A DNA stretch of 64,000 nucleotides from an uncultured Gemmatimonadaceae bacterium (GTDB taxonomy: Bacteria > Gemmatimonadota > Gemmatimonadetes > Gemmatimonadales > Gemmatimonadaceae), in contig CAWBOC010000013.1 in NCBI GenBank assembly GCA_963790305.1, forward strand, positions 160,001 through 224,000, read 5' to 3'. The notes under the pieces are model-generated. The model made no database searches. It was not told the DNA's origin and worked only from the letters and a program-made list of their open reading frames with translations. Made by a program: the position numbers and the translations under genes. Of the stretch, positions 44,157 to 57,329 are shown one piece after another. Numbering within the stretch: the stretch's first letter is position 1; each line of letters starts with the position of its first letter.

Positions 44157-46081
44157 ATGTGCGGGATACTCGGCCTCATTGATTTGCGTGGCGACGGAGC
44201 GCTCTCGCATACGGAGCGGGCAGCGACTCTCCTTACCCATCGCGGGCCGGATACGTCGGCGAATTGGGTCACACGCGTGGGGCCGGCAGCGGTCGCGCTC
44301 GGCCACCGCCGGTTGAGCATCATCGATCTGTCGGCCGCCGGCGCGCAGCCAATGTTGCAGCGCGACAATGGATCGCTGTGCCCGGTTCGTACGACCACCG
44401 ACTCCGCGCGACTCGCGATGGTCTTCAACGGCGAGATCTATAACTACGTGGAGCTCCGCGACCAGCTGCGAAACGCAGGCCATCATTTCACGTCGGAGGG
44501 CGACACCGAGGTTCTGCTCGCGGCGTACGCCCAGTGGGGTGAGGACTGCGTCCAGCGCCTGAACGGGATGTTCGCGTTGGCGATCTGGGATCGCGAGGCG
44601 AGGCGACTCTTCTGCGCGCGCGACCGGTTCGGAGAAAAGCCTTTCTACTATGTGCTCGGGGAGGACGGTCAGCGGTTCGCGTTTGCATCCGAAGTCAAGG
44701 CGCTGGTTGGGCTCGGGATGGTGTCCCCGGACATCGACGCTCGAGCCCTCTACCGGTTCTTCCGGTTTGGGGAGCAGGCGGGCGTTGAGAACACGGTGTG
44801 GAAAGGCGTACGGAGGCTTCTCCCTGCAACCTCGCTGACCGTTCAGCTATCAGAGGCGAGGCTTACTGCTCGCTTGCGTCGGTACTGGGATGTGCAGATC
44901 GCGGACGATCGATCCGTGACGGCGGCACAGGCCGCGGCGCGGTTCGCTGAGCTCTTTCGCGACAGCGTCCGGATCCGCCTGCGGGCGGATGTTCCAATCG
45001 GAACGAGCCTGTCCGGCGGCCTCGACTCGTCGAGTGTCCTCTGTCAGATCAATGCGTTAGGCGCGGCCGCTGGGCAAAAGGCGTTCACTGCGCGCATGGA
45101 TGACCCGTCGCTCGACGAGAGTAGGTACGCCGCCCTCGTGCTCGCGCGAACGGGCGTCCCAGGCTACTCCGTCGTCCCAACGGCCGGTGAGTTTCTCATC
45201 GAGCTCGACCAGTTGGCGTATCACCAGGAGGAGCCGTTCACGTCCACGAGCGTGTTCGCTTCCTATCTCGTCCAGCGACTGGCGAAGCGCCATGGGGTGA
45301 CGGTCATGCTCGACGGCCAGGGCGCAGACGAGTATCTCGCCGGCTACGCACACTACCCGGCGCTCTTGCTCTCGTCGCTGGCCCGCGCAGGGCGTTGGCG
45401 AGCGTGGCGCAAAGAACGCCTGGCGACTCGGAGCGTGATCGGCGTGGATCCGGTGCCACCCCGGGCGGCTGTTCGCTACTGGCTGTCATCCATTGTGTCG
45501 CGGAATGGCGCGACATTTCTCTCGCAATCGATGCCGAACGCGATACGTCGTTCCTCGCCAGCGATCTGCGCGAACTGTTCGGCGGTGAGGAGCCGCGTAT
45601 GTTGCGGTTGGAAGGCGACGCGGTGAAGAGGCGGTTGTATGCCGACCTCATGCACGGTCACCTGCAGGAGCTCCTGCGGTACGCGGATCGCAACTCGATG
45701 GCGTTCTCGAGAGAGGTCCGGTTGCCGTTTCTCGATCATCGCCTGGTCGAGCTGTCGCTTTCGCTGCCCTCGGAAATGCTCTTCCACGATGGCCGCAGCA
45801 AGCGCGTGCTTCGCGATGCGATGCGTGGGGTAGTGCCGACAGAGATCCTCGAGCGCCGCGACAAGGTGGGGTTCATGTCTCCATGGGCCCAGTGGTGGAA
45901 GGAGGAGCGGGTTGCGGCCACGTTTCGGGAACGCCTCGAAGACGCACGCGAAATCCTGGGAGGGTACGTGAATGTCGATGCCGTTCCTCCTGCGTCGCCG
46001 GAAGCGTTGGGGGTCCTGACACTCGCTGCTTCATTGCGCCGACTACGCGCCCTCGAGCCCGAGCCGGTCGTCCTGGCGTGA
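44157..46081 (+). CDS. asnB: Asparagine synthase (glutamine-hydrolysing)-like amidotransferase (frameshift near 45525)
   Basis: MCGI, HRGPD, HRRLSIID, FNGEIYNY, LSGGLDSS, DGQGADE, EVRLPFLD. Confidence 0.92.
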
Positions 46082-46100
46082 AGGCACCGGTTGGAGGCGC

Positions 46101-47195
46101 GTGCGGGTCCTGACAGTGGTTGGCGCTCGCCCGCAGTTCATCAAGGCGGCCATCGTCTCCCGGGCCCTTCGTGACGCTGGTGTCGACGAGCTGCTCGTCC
46201 ATACGGGGCAGCACTACGACGACCGTCTCAGCGAGATTTTCTTTCGCGAGCTCGAGCTCGCACGGCCCTTGTTTCACCTTGGTATCGGTTCGGGGAGTCA
46301 CGGTGCGCAAACCGGCCGAATGATCGCCGAGATCGAGAAAGTCGTCGAGCGCGAGCGCCCCGATCGAGTCCTCGTGTTCGGGGATACGAACTCCACTCTC
46401 GCCGGCGCTCTCGCGGCTGCGAAGCTTCATGTGGCCGTGGATCATGTCGAGGCCGGCCTTCGGTCGTACGACAGAGACATGCCGGAGGAGGTGAATCGGG
46501 TCGTCGCGGATCACCTGTGCGATCTCTTGTTCTGTCCGACGCCGAATGCTGTACGACAACTGGCGCGCGAAGGCATCACTGAGGGCGTTTCGTTCGTCGG
46601 TGACGTAATGCTCGACCTCGCCGTTGAAGCGCGAGGTCCAGCGATGGGGCGGGCGCTGCCGGCGGGGCTGCGACCGGGCGCGTATTTTGTCGCGACGATT
46701 CATCGGCCCGCGAATACGGACGATCCCGGGCGCCTGCGCTCGATTGTCGCGACCCTCGAGTCGGTCGGGCGTGACATTGCGCCGGTCGTCCTGCCGGTCC
46801 ACCCACGGCTTGCGGCGTCGTTAGGCTCAGAGCGGCCGGCGATTGATGGTGTCATCTGTATCGAGCCGGTTGGGTATCTCGACATGCAAGGGCTCGTACT
46901 CCGTGCGCGTGGAGTTCTCACCGATTCGGGTGGACTGCAGAAGGAGGCGCTGTTCCACGGCGTCCCGTGCATCACGCTGCGTGATACCACCGAGTGGCCC
47001 GAAAGCGTGGATGCGGGATTCAACGTGCTGGCGGGGAACGGCCTTACCACGGTTGGGCCGCTTGCCGAACGATGCGCCGGGAGACGCCCCGTGCCGCCCG
47101 GCGTGCTCGAGGGATTCGGTGGAGGTGAGGCGGGGCCGCGCATCGCTGCCGCTGTCCGGGGCGCAGCATCGAGCCGACGCCGAAGGCGCCAATGA
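46101..47195 (+). CDS. wecB: Non-hydrolysing UDP-GlcNAc(NAcA) 2-epimerase, WecB/WbpI-like
   Basis: VVGARPQFIK, HTGQHYD, GDTNSTLAGAL, HVEAGLRS, TDSGGLQKEA. Confidence 0.9.
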   Translation: MRVLTVVGARPQFIKAAIVSRALRDAGVDELLVHTGQHYDDRLSEIFFRELELARPLFHLGIGSGSHGAQTGRMIAEIEKVVERERPDRVLVFGDTNSTLAGALAAAKLHVAVDHVEAGLRSYDRDMPEEVNRVVADHLCDLLFCPTPNAVRQLAREGITEGVSFVGDVMLDLAVEARGPAMGRALPAGLRPGAYFVATIHRPANTDDPGRLRSIVATLESVGRDIAPVVLPVHPRLAASLGSERPAIDGVICIEPVGYLDMQGLVLRARGVLTDSGGLQKEALFHGVPCITLRDTTEWPESVDAGFNVLAGNGLTTVGPLAERCAGRRPVPPGVLEGFGGGEAGPRIAAAVRGAASSRRRRRQ

Positions 47196-48476
47196 ATGCA
47201 GTGGTCGCCACCGAGTCGTCGGGGTACGTGCTCGTGCACGTCGTCGCGAGCGAATCTCTCGGCGAAATCATTGCGTCGCAGGTCATCGACCCTCTCCGCA
47301 CCCAGGCACGCACAAACGGGGAGCGGCGGCCCGAGCGGGTCATTGCACTCTTTCTCGAACCTGCGCGCATCGCGCTTCGCGAATCGATGCGGCGGAGGAT
47401 CGCGGCCTTCCGGAGGCGAGCTCCCGAGGTTGACGTCGTGCTTCACCCATTCGTCAGCCGACTCGGCGTGCTGCGGAACGCGCGTCTCGCGGCGTGGCGC
47501 ATACGACATCGCGCGCGCGGTCGACGCGTCGTGTTTCACTGTCGAGGCGAGCAGGGATTCGAGTGGGCAAGCGCGATGCGACTTCACCTTTCCGACAGCG
47601 TGATCATTCGCGGACATCCGTGGCGCATGGCCCGAAGAGTTCCTCTTCGCGCGCGGATACGACGGCCCGAACGGCGCCGACGCGATCACGCTGCGAGGAT
47701 ACCACCATCACCTGACGAGACTCCGTACGACCCTCGCCGGCTCACAGGGAGTCATCTCCGTATCGCCCGGGATGCTCGAATGGCTCGAGGAGCAGGGCGC
47801 GAGCGCGCATCAGTTGACCTACGTGCCATGCTGTGTTCCAGCGGTCGTGTTCAACCGCACGGTTCGCGAGAAGACCCGCGCCGAGCTCGCCTTGGCGCAC
47901 CAGGTCGTGCTCGCCTACGCGGGAACGCTCGGACGGTATCAGCACATCGAGGATGGCCTCATTCCGTTCTTTCGTGCGATGGCCGAACAGCATAGCGGCG
48001 TGCATTTGCTCGCTCTCGTCCCGGATGTGGACGCCATGCGGCGCATGCTCCACAGGCAGGGAGTTCCGTCGGACCAGGCGACGGTGCTTACCGTCGCACA
48101 ACAGGAGGTTGGACGGTACCTTTCCGCGGCCGACGCCGGCCTTCTGCTCCGCGCACCAAGCCGGATGAACCGGTTCAGTCAGCCCACGAAGCTTGGCGAA
48201 TACCTCGCGGCGGGCCTGCCCGTAATTGTGTCTCGTGGCACGGGACAGGTAGATCGGATGATGAAGGAGAACGACGCCGGATTCGCGGTCGATGCCTTTG
48301 GCGTGCCGTGGCCGCAGCTTGTCGCGGAGGCTGACCGCGTGTGGCGCGAGATTCGAGGCCGCGGTGACGCGATGCGACACAATGCGTTGAAGCTCTGCGA
48401 GCGCGAGTTTCTTTGGGACTCGTATACTGAGCGCGTGCGCGACATGTACGCGAGCGCGTCAGACACGCATTCCTGA
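47192..48476 (+). CDS. GT4-like glycosyltransferase (frameshifted)
   Basis: YAGTLGRYQ, YLSAADAGLLLR, QPTKLGEYLAAGLPVI. Confidence 0.8.
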
Positions 48477-48489
48477 ATCGAGCGCCGTC

Positions 48490-49576
48490 ATGAAATCCGA
48501 GCCCAGGCACGATCAGCCCATTCGTCTCGCGGTCGTAGGATGCGGGCGAATCAGCGATCGCCACTTCGAGGCGATTGAGGAGCATCCGGAGCTGACACTG
48601 GTCGCGGTGTGCGATGAGGTGCCGGACCGCGCGCGAACCGCCGGTGAGCAATACGGCGTGCCCGCGTTTCCCAGCTATGCCGCCATGCTCGCGGAGACCG
48701 ACGCCGATGCGGCGGTGATCTGCACGCCGAGCGGCCTCCATCCGCGGCATGGTATCATGGCGGCGGAGCGCGGCCTGCACGTCGTCTGCGAGAAGCCAAT
48801 GGCGACTCGCCTGGAAGAAGCGGACCAGCTGGTTCAGGACGTGCGACGAGGCCGGCGTGCATCTCTTCGTGGTGAAGCAGAACCGCCTCAATCCCGGGCG
48901 TTCAGCTGCTGAAGCGCGCCGTCGATCGCGGGCGGTTCGGACGCGTCTATCATGGCGAGCGTCCGCGTGTTCTGGAATCGACCGCAGTCGTACTACGACA
49001 TGGCGCCGTGGCGCGGCACATGGGAGTTCGATGGTGGAGCGTTCATGAACCAGGCGAGCCACTACGTGGACCTGATTCAATGGCTCATGGGGCCAGTCGA
49101 ATCCGTGTCGGCGAAGACGGCGACGCTGGGGCGGCGCATCGAGACGCGAGGATACCGGCGCGGCGATCCTGCGGTTTCGCAGCGGGGCGCTAGGCGTGCT
49201 CGAGACCACGATGCTGACCTATCCGCGAAACCTCGAGGGATCGATTACGATCATCGGGGAGAAGGGGACCGTGCAGATCGGAGGGACCGCGCTGAATCGC
49301 GTGGAGCAATGGCAGTTCGCCGAATACCATGACGATGATCGCGAGGCCGAGGCGCTGCGCGTCGCGCCCGATCCGCTTTCGGTGTACGGGTCCGGCCACC
49401 GTCCGTACTACGACAACGTGGTGAGCGTGCTTCGCGGCGAAGCGGCGCCGGGCACGGATGGGCGCGAAGGGCGCAAGTCACTGGAGCTCATCCTCGGTAT
49501 TTATGAGTCCGCGCGTACCGGCAGTGAGATCCACCTCCCGCTGCGGGCCTTCTCCCAGGAGGCGCGCTCCTCATGA
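48490..49576 (+). CDS. Gfo/Idh/MocA oxidoreductase, WbpB/WlbA-like (frameshifted)
   Basis: VGCGRISDRH, CTPSGLH, CEKPMA, VVKQNR, WRGTWEFDGGAFMNQASHYVD. Confidence 0.88.
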
Positions 49577-50297
49577 GCGAAATGCGAGAGCACGCGGGAG
49601 GATACTTCGTTCACGTCTCGAGTTACGTCGATGACGGAGCAACCATCGGGCGGGGGACACGCATGTGGCATTTCTGTCACGTCAATCGCGGTGCGGTGAT
49701 CGGCGAGCGATGCAGCCTCGGCCAGAACGTGGTGGTGATGCCGGGGACGCGTCTCGGGAACAACGTCAAGGTCCAGAACAACGTCAGCATCTACGAAGGG
49801 GTGGAGTGCGACGATGACGTGTTCCTCGGCCCGTCAATGGTCTTCACGAATGTCATGAATCCGCGGAGCCACGTCTCGCGGAAGCACGAGTACCAGCGCG
49901 ACGCCGGTGAGGTCGTGGAGCATCGATCGGCGCCAACGCGACGATCATTTGCGGGAACACGTTCGGCGATACTGCTTCGTCGCGGCGGGGGCGGTCGTCA
50001 CGCGGGATGTCCCGCCATATGCGCTCGTCGCGGGCGTGCCGGCCCAGGTGATCGGGTGGATGTGCCAGTGTGGCGAGCGCCTCGACCTCGCCGTCGCCCC
50101 GTACCGGGACCAGCGGTGACGTGCGCGAGCTCTGTGGCTCCCGGTATCTCAGTGACGGCGAACGGGCCATGTGCCGTGACGGCTGGTTCCGAATGTCGCC
50201 GAGTTGGCAACCGGTGACGGACATCGCACGCCGGGCCGGTATCGCGTCCGGCGGGTTCCCGGGCGAGGTCGGCGCTGCACGTAGTCGCGTCGGGTGA
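49573..50297 (+). CDS. Hexapeptide N-acetyltransferase, WbpD/WlbB-like (frameshifted; end approximate)
   Basis: [54 protein letters not shown]. Confidence 0.88.
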
Positions 50298-51264
50298 GCC
50301 GCTGTGAACGCCGACTGATCTCCATCGTCGTTCCCTTCGCATAACGAGCGCGAGAATATCCGCGAGCTTCGCGACGCGATCGACGCTGCGCTCAAGGACG
50401 GAGCCGTTCGACTTCGAGCTGATCGTCGTCGACGACAGCACGGACGACACGTGGCGGGTTATCGAGCAGCTGGCCAAGGAGGATTGGCGCGTGAGCGGCA
50501 TCCGGTTGGCGCGCCGTTTTGGCCAGCAGGCAGCACTCGTGGCCGGGTTCCGGTTTGCGCGTGGTGCCGCCGTCATTACCATGGACGCCGATCTCCAGCA
50601 TCCGCCGACCCTGATTCCGGAGCTCGTGCGGCATTGGCGCGAGGGCTCGCCGGTCGTTCACACGCAGCGTCTCGATGCCGAGCGTCACCGGCGGACTGCA
50701 GCGGCTCACGTCGCGCTGGTTCTACCGACTGTTCTCTCGCTGAGCGGAGTCCCCATGAATGAGGGTGCGGGCGAGTTCCGTCTGCTCGACCGCCGCGTTG
50801 TCGACTACATCGTGCGGATGACCGAGGGAGAGGTTTTTATTCGCGGCATCGTGAGTTGGCTCGGCTTTCCTAGCGTAACAGTGCCTTTCCGGGCGGCGCC
50901 GCGTCGCGCGGGACGGAGCGCGTACTCGTTTGCGCGTCGCTGGCGCATGGCCGCCACGGCGATCATCTCGTTTTCCATCCTGCCGCTGCGGATCGGCATG
51001 GTCATTGGGTCTCGCGACGGCGGCAATTTCATTCTTTATCTGGTCGTACGCGCTGGTCGTTCGACTGCAGGGCGGCGTTCCGCCGGGCTGGGCGTCAATC
51101 GTCAGCTTCACTGCCTTTCTGTTCGGCGTGCAGTTCGTCCTGATCGGTCTGCTTGGGCGAGTACATTGGCCGTATCCATCTGGCCACGAAGCAGCGGCCG
51201 CCGTTCGTCGTCGACCGCACGACTGACTTGGCCGACGCGGGGACAGCGGCCAATGCTGACCTAG
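50294..51264 (+). CDS. GT2 glycosyltransferase, GtrB/ArnC-like (frameshifted)
   Basis: ISIVVP..NE, VDDSTD, RRFGQQAAL, MDADLQHPP, FRLLDR, and two C-terminal TMs. Confidence 0.85.
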
Positions 51265-51273
51265 CGAGCGAGG

Positions 51274-52842
51274 ATGACGAGCTCTCTCCTCGCCTCTCCC
51301 GCTCGACCGGTGTGAGCCGCGTGAGGCCGTGCGCCTTCCCCGTGCCGGAGAAGCGCTGCTTGCCGTCGCGATCCTCGGCGCCCTGGGCCTTGCACTTATC
51401 CGGCCATGGGTGGCGCTTCCGTTTCCTGTCGTTGATTTCGGGGGTTGGCTGGTGCTGCTCTCGTCCTCCGCATTCGACAATGGATGGCTTCCGTGCTCTC
51501 GTGGAGGAGCATGTGCGTGAGGGCCGGGTGAATGCCGTCTCGCTGGCCTATATCGCCGCGAACTGGGGGATGTTTGGCAGCGACCCACTCGGCTGGCAGT
51601 TGCTTCGCGCCTCATCATGCTGGCCATCGTCGCGAACATCCTACATGCGCTCTTTCGAAGCTCGGCGCCCGTCGCGCGCCGGCTTGGCAGGCGCCGCGTT
51701 CTTCGTGATCACCGACTCTGCGCGAAGCGTCTGGATCTTCCGCAGGCAATCGAGCATGTCGCGACTCTGCTCATGCTCGTCGCGACTCCTCGTCGCCGCC
51801 TCGTACCACACGGCGACGCAGCCGTGGCGTCGGCGGCGGCCGTGTCCGTGCTATTGGTGCTCGCCATTTGGGTGCGAGAGCCAATGGTGGCCGCCGTGCC
51901 ATTCGTGCTCCTCGTTCGGATTGTGCCACCGGGGCGAGGGCCGGTTCGCGCTCCCGAAAATCGATCGGCGATCGGTGCGCCTCGTCTCGCTCGTTGGCGT
52001 TGCCGTCGCCATTCTGAATGTGATTCCCGTGATCGCGGTCCGTTCCCTGGAGCGGCCACGGGCTATGCCTCGCGCTTTGGCATTGAGAACATCTCCTTGC
52101 GGAACATGAGAACGTGCTGAGTGCGTTGGTACTCCCGGTCACGCGCGAGCCGTTGTTTCCCGCGAACGCCATGTTCCTGCTCGTCATCGTCCTCGCCGCA
52201 ACCGCACGGACGTCGCACGCTCGGCGCTATCGGCAAATGCTTCCCATTGCCGCGACACTTCCGCTAGGCGCCGCCCTGATCTACATGATGTGGCCGTCGT
52301 TCCCCGGCAACTACGCCCTGCCGTATGTTCTCGCCAGCGCGTGCACCTTCGCGCTCGCGCTCACCACGTTGTGGGAAGGCTCGTCGATTCGACGCGCGAT
52401 CGGCATTACGGGGGCGTGCGTGGTTATCGGATATGGAGCGCTGTTGACTCACAACGGCCAACATGAATACGCCTCGGCCCGACTGCTCGACGCTGACATG
52501 GCCCGGGTCGTCAGCGAACACCACGTATCGCAGTTGATTACAGCGGTGGACGACCCACAACTCTCGGGCGGGTTTAGTCGCGGGCTGGCTCTGTACTCGC
52601 GCGCCACGCGCGGTGCTGCGCCGCCTGGGTCCAAGGATGTCGACTGTGTGGAAGCCTTACGATTGTCGCGCGCGCTCTCTCCGGACATGCTCCTGCTCCG
52701 CTCCCCGGGCGCGTGTGCCCCGGTGGAATTTCCGACTCCTACCGTGTCGGTGCGGCGGACGGCGCCGATCGTCGACTGGAAGACATTCCGCGTTCGGCCC
52801 GGAGAACTAACGGCGGATTTCTGGGTGAGCACATCTCCGTAG
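51274..52842 (+). CDS. Polytopic membrane protein (frameshifted; start approximate)
   Basis: Successive hydrophobic segments across ORFs 51329, 51153, 51617 and 52114. Confidence 0.5.
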
Positions 52843-53761
52843 ATGAGGGTCCTCGTGACGGGGGCGGGAGGATTTGTCGGCCTTCATGTCCAGCGGGCCC
52901 TTGCGGCCGCGGGACATGACGTGAGGATCGATCGGCATTCGCCCCGAACGTCGCTGGATCTTACCGAGCGAGGAGACGGCTCGCGCCCTGATCACTACTG
53001 CAGAGCCCGAGGCGCTGATTCACCTCGCAGCCCGTGTGAACCCTCGAGGTGATCGCATGGGAAGCGGTTGTCAACAACAATAGCCTCGCGGCGTTCCGCG
53101 TCCTCGATGCGGTTACGGCGATACGCGCCGAGGGCGAAGGTACTCGTGGCCAGTTCGAGCGCCGTGTACGGCGCGGTGCCGCGTGAGAGAAATCCGGTCA
53201 AAGAATCGGAAGCTACGCGTCCCGTGACGATGTACGGCGCGAGCAAGGCCGCGACGGAAGCGATCGCCTTTGCATTCGCGGCGTCTGGATTGCGTGTCAC
53301 CGTCTGCCGGCCTTTCAACACGATTGGTCCCGGCGGCGACACTCGGTCGGCGCTCGCTCAGTGGGCGCGCGACGCTCTTCGATCCGGATTCGACGGCGTG
53401 TTTCGGTGCGGCCCGCTCGACACGTGGCGTGATCTCACCGATGTACGGGACATTGCTCGAGCGTACGTGCGGATCGTAGAGAGCGACGTTCAGGATCCTG
53501 TACTCAACCTTTGCTCTGGCCGGGCCACAGAAGGGCGGGTCGTGCTCGAAATGTTATTTGCGACGGCTGGCGTTCGACCGCAGGTCGTGTCCGCCCCCGC
53601 TCGCCCTGGCGATGTCGCATTTCAGAGCGGCGATCGGTCTCGCATAACGGCCGTAACCGGATGGGAGCCCGCCATTTCGCTTGACACAGACGGTAGAAGA
53701 CGTCGTGCGCGAACAGCGGCAGTCCATCCCCGCCTCGTTCACATCTCCCATCCACCCATGA
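52843..53761 (+). CDS. Extended SDR, Rmd/GDP-sugar reductase-like (frameshifted; end approximate)
   Basis: VLVTGAGGFVG, ASSSAVYG, MYGASK, RPFNTIGPG, RDLTDVRD. Confidence 0.75.
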
Positions 53762-54747
53762 CCTGGCAAGGGCGTACGGTGCTCGTGACGGGCGCCGCGG
53801 GGTTCATCGGCAGTCATCTCGTCGAGCGTCTGCTTGGCGAAGGAGCCAAGGTCCGCGCATTTGTGCACTACAATTCGCGCAACCATTGGGGCCACCTCGA
53901 AGATCTTCTGCCACACCAGCGGCACGACGTGGAGGTCATCAGCGGCGATCTGCGGGATCCACGTCGTGTCGATGAGGCGGTGAGCGGCGCTGACACCGTG
54001 TTTCATCTCGGCGCCCTTATCGCGATCCCGTATTCGTACGTCGCCCCGCAGGATGTGGTGATGACGAACGTCATTGGCACATTGAACGTGCTCGAGGCCG
54101 CGCGCCGCCACGGAACGCGGCGCATCATCCACACCTCCACGAGCGAGGTCTATGGCACGGCGCAGTACGTCCCAATCGACGAGCGGCATCCGCTGGTGGG
54201 ACAATCGCCCTATGCCGCGAGCAAGGTTGGTGCAGACCAGGTCGCGTTGAGTTACCACCGGTCCTTTCAGCTTCCCCTTGCGATCGCGCGCCCATTCAAC
54301 ACCTACGGGCCGCGGCAGTCGGCCCGCGCGGTCATCCCAGCGATCATCGTCCAGGCGCTGACGCAAAATCAAGTGATGCTCGGCGCTACCTTCCCGACGC
54401 GGGACCTCAACTACGTCGCCGACACGGTCGATGGTTTCCTGAAGATCGCCGACACCGATGCGGCGGTGGGAGAGGTCATCAATCTCGGCACCGGGCGTGA
54501 AGTGTCAGTGGGCGACATTGCGGCCACCATCATCCGGCTCGTCGGCCGCAGTATACAGATCGTGTTCGACGCGAACCGCGTCCGTCCCGATGCGAGTGAG
54601 GTCGAACGCCTCGTGGCGGATGCGACCAAGGCGAAGGCGCTCGTGGGCTGGGAGCCGCGCCACTCGCTCGACGACGGGCTGCGGGCGACCATCGACTGGA
54701 TTCGTCAGCATCTCGATCAGTACAAGCCGACTGTCTACGCGGTGTGA
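53758..54747 (+). CDS. NAD-dependent 4,6-dehydratase, LegB-like
   Basis: VRAFVHYNS, LIAIPYSY.AP, TSTSEVYGTAQYVPIDE, QSPYAASK, RPFNTYGPRQSARAVIP. Confidence 0.88.
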   Translation: MTWQGRTVLVTGAAGFIGSHLVERLLGEGAKVRAFVHYNSRNHWGHLEDLLPHQRHDVEVISGDLRDPRRVDEAVSGADTVFHLGALIAIPYSYVAPQDVVMTNVIGTLNVLEAARRHGTRRIIHTSTSEVYGTAQYVPIDERHPLVGQSPYAASKVGADQVALSYHRSFQLPLAIARPFNTYGPRQSARAVIPAIIVQALTQNQVMLGATFPTRDLNYVADTVDGFLKIADTDAAVGEVINLGTGREVSVGDIAATIIRLVGRSIQIVFDANRVRPDASEVERLVADATKAKALVGWEPRHSLDDGLRATIDWIRQHLDQYKPTVYAV

Positions 54748-55460
54748 CGACGCAGGCGCTTGTGATGGCGGGAGGCCTGGGCAGCCGGCTGCGGCCGCTC
54801 ACCGACGAGGTGCCAAAGCCTCTGCTGCCGATCGGCGGGCGACCGATCCTCGAGCTCATTCTGACCCAATTGCGGAGCGCTGGGGTCGCCGAAGTGTACA
54901 TCTCGGTCGGGTACAAGGCGGAGCTCATCCGGTCGTACATTTCAGATGGCCGTCGCCTGGGCCTCCGCGTTCGTTATGTGGATGAACCCACGCCGCTCGG
55001 GACTGCGGGCGCACTGGGCTACGTCAAAGGGGATGTGAAGGAGCCCTTGCTAGTAATGAACGGCGACATCCTCACCAAGCTTGATTTTCGGGGCTTTCGC
55101 GAGGGTCACATTGCCAGTGGGGCGCTCATCACCCTCGGTGTCCGCGAGGATCACTATCAGATTCCGTTTGGCCTCGTCGAGACGCAGAACGGACTCGTAG
55201 CCAGCATTCGGGAAAAGCCAGTCCAGCAGTATCTCGTGAGCGCTGGGATTTACATGATGTCCCCGCAAGCCATCGCATTGGTACAGCCTGGGGTCCGGCT
55301 CGACGTGCCCGATCTGATCAACGACGTCGTTCGCCACGGCGGCCGGGTGCGATACCATGTCATTCGCGAGAAGTGGATCGACATCGGTGCGCTGGAGGAC
55401 TTTCACCGCGCCAACGCGGAGCATGATGATTGGGTATCGGACAGGCCGGGCGCGTCCTAG
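54744..55460 (+). CDS. Sugar-1-phosphate nucleotidyltransferase, PtmE-like without CBS domains
   Basis: MAGGLGSRLRPLT..VPKPLL, PLGTAGAL, VMNGDILT, YQIPFG, WIDIG. Confidence 0.88.
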   Translation: MTTQALVMAGGLGSRLRPLTDEVPKPLLPIGGRPILELILTQLRSAGVAEVYISVGYKAELIRSYISDGRRLGLRVRYVDEPTPLGTAGALGYVKGDVKEPLLVMNGDILTKLDFRGFREGHIASGALITLGVREDHYQIPFGLVETQNGLVASIREKPVQQYLVSAGIYMMSPQAIALVQPGVRLDVPDLINDVVRHGGRVRYHVIREKWIDIGALEDFHRANAEHDDWVSDRPGAS

Positions 55461-55589
55461 AGATGCAGAGCGAGGAAGCGGTGGCGGCCTCCTTGCACTT
55501 GACCGGAGTGCGACACAGTTCACCCAGCGCTGCCCTTGTTCCTGATCAACGGCGGCAGTTGATGGTCGCCTCGCCGTCTCCAGCCCCAT

Positions 55590-55802
55590 GGCCACGTGAT
55601 GCCATCGCCTCGACCACCTCTCCGCCCAACGCTACGCCGCCCGGGGCGCGGGAGATCCTCGAGTGCTGGTTCGACGGGCGGCCGATTCGCGAGGATACCT
55701 GATCGTCAACAGCAGCAGCCTGGCTAGCGCCGGAGCCCACGCCTACAGCGAGGGCGACGCGACGGGAGGCTCGGAGGAGGCCGCTCCTTCAAGAGCAGTT
55801 GA
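55590..55802 (+). pseudogene. fdh: C-terminal fragment of an NAD-dependent formate dehydrogenase
   Basis: Across frames it reads ...REILECWFDGRPIRE, YLIV....LA.AGAHAYSEGDATGGSEEAA.FKS, the characteristic FDH C-terminus. No upstream part of the gene is present. Confidence 0.75.
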
Positions 55803-55824
55803 GCCGGGGGATGGCAGGCCAGGG

Positions 55825-56913
<1,089 letters not shown>

Positions 56914-57038
56914 ATCGGGTAGCTCCCCAGGAGAGCAACCGAGAGGAGGGCGATGACTACCTCGACGGCGATCATCTCCGCCATCGGCATCATCATTGCG
57001 GCCTACATAGCCTGGAACGAGCTCGGAGGAAGAAGACC

Positions 57039-57307
57039 TTGAACGGAACCACACGACGCTTATCTGCCCCAAGTGCGGCAGCGAGTCGGCAGCTACGAGC
57101 GCAACGGAGTGGGGGTTCATGAGACCAGTGCAGCCTCCAAGGGGGTCTTCCTCGACCGCGGTGGGCTGGAGCACTTGGTCGATGCCGAGGGCTCCCACTA
57201 CGAGCGCCGAGTTCTCTGAGCGCTCGCAGGAGAAGGGCGGCGAGCGCGAGGGGAAGTCGAAGAAGCGCAGCTTCCTCGAGGGCGTCCTCGAGATGGGCGG
57301 GGAATGA
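57039..57307 (+). CDS. zf-TFIIB-type zinc-ribbon protein (frameshifted)
   Basis: LICPKCG, YERNGV, GVFLDRGGLEHLVD, C-terminal KKRSFLE. Confidence 0.6.
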
Positions 57308-57329
57308 GCGCGGGCCGCCCTGGAGCAAA

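Noticed and set aside
53068..54747. Apparent double-SDR fusion (559 aa)
   Set aside because: A garbled linker and an ATGA at 53758-53761 point to two separate genes.
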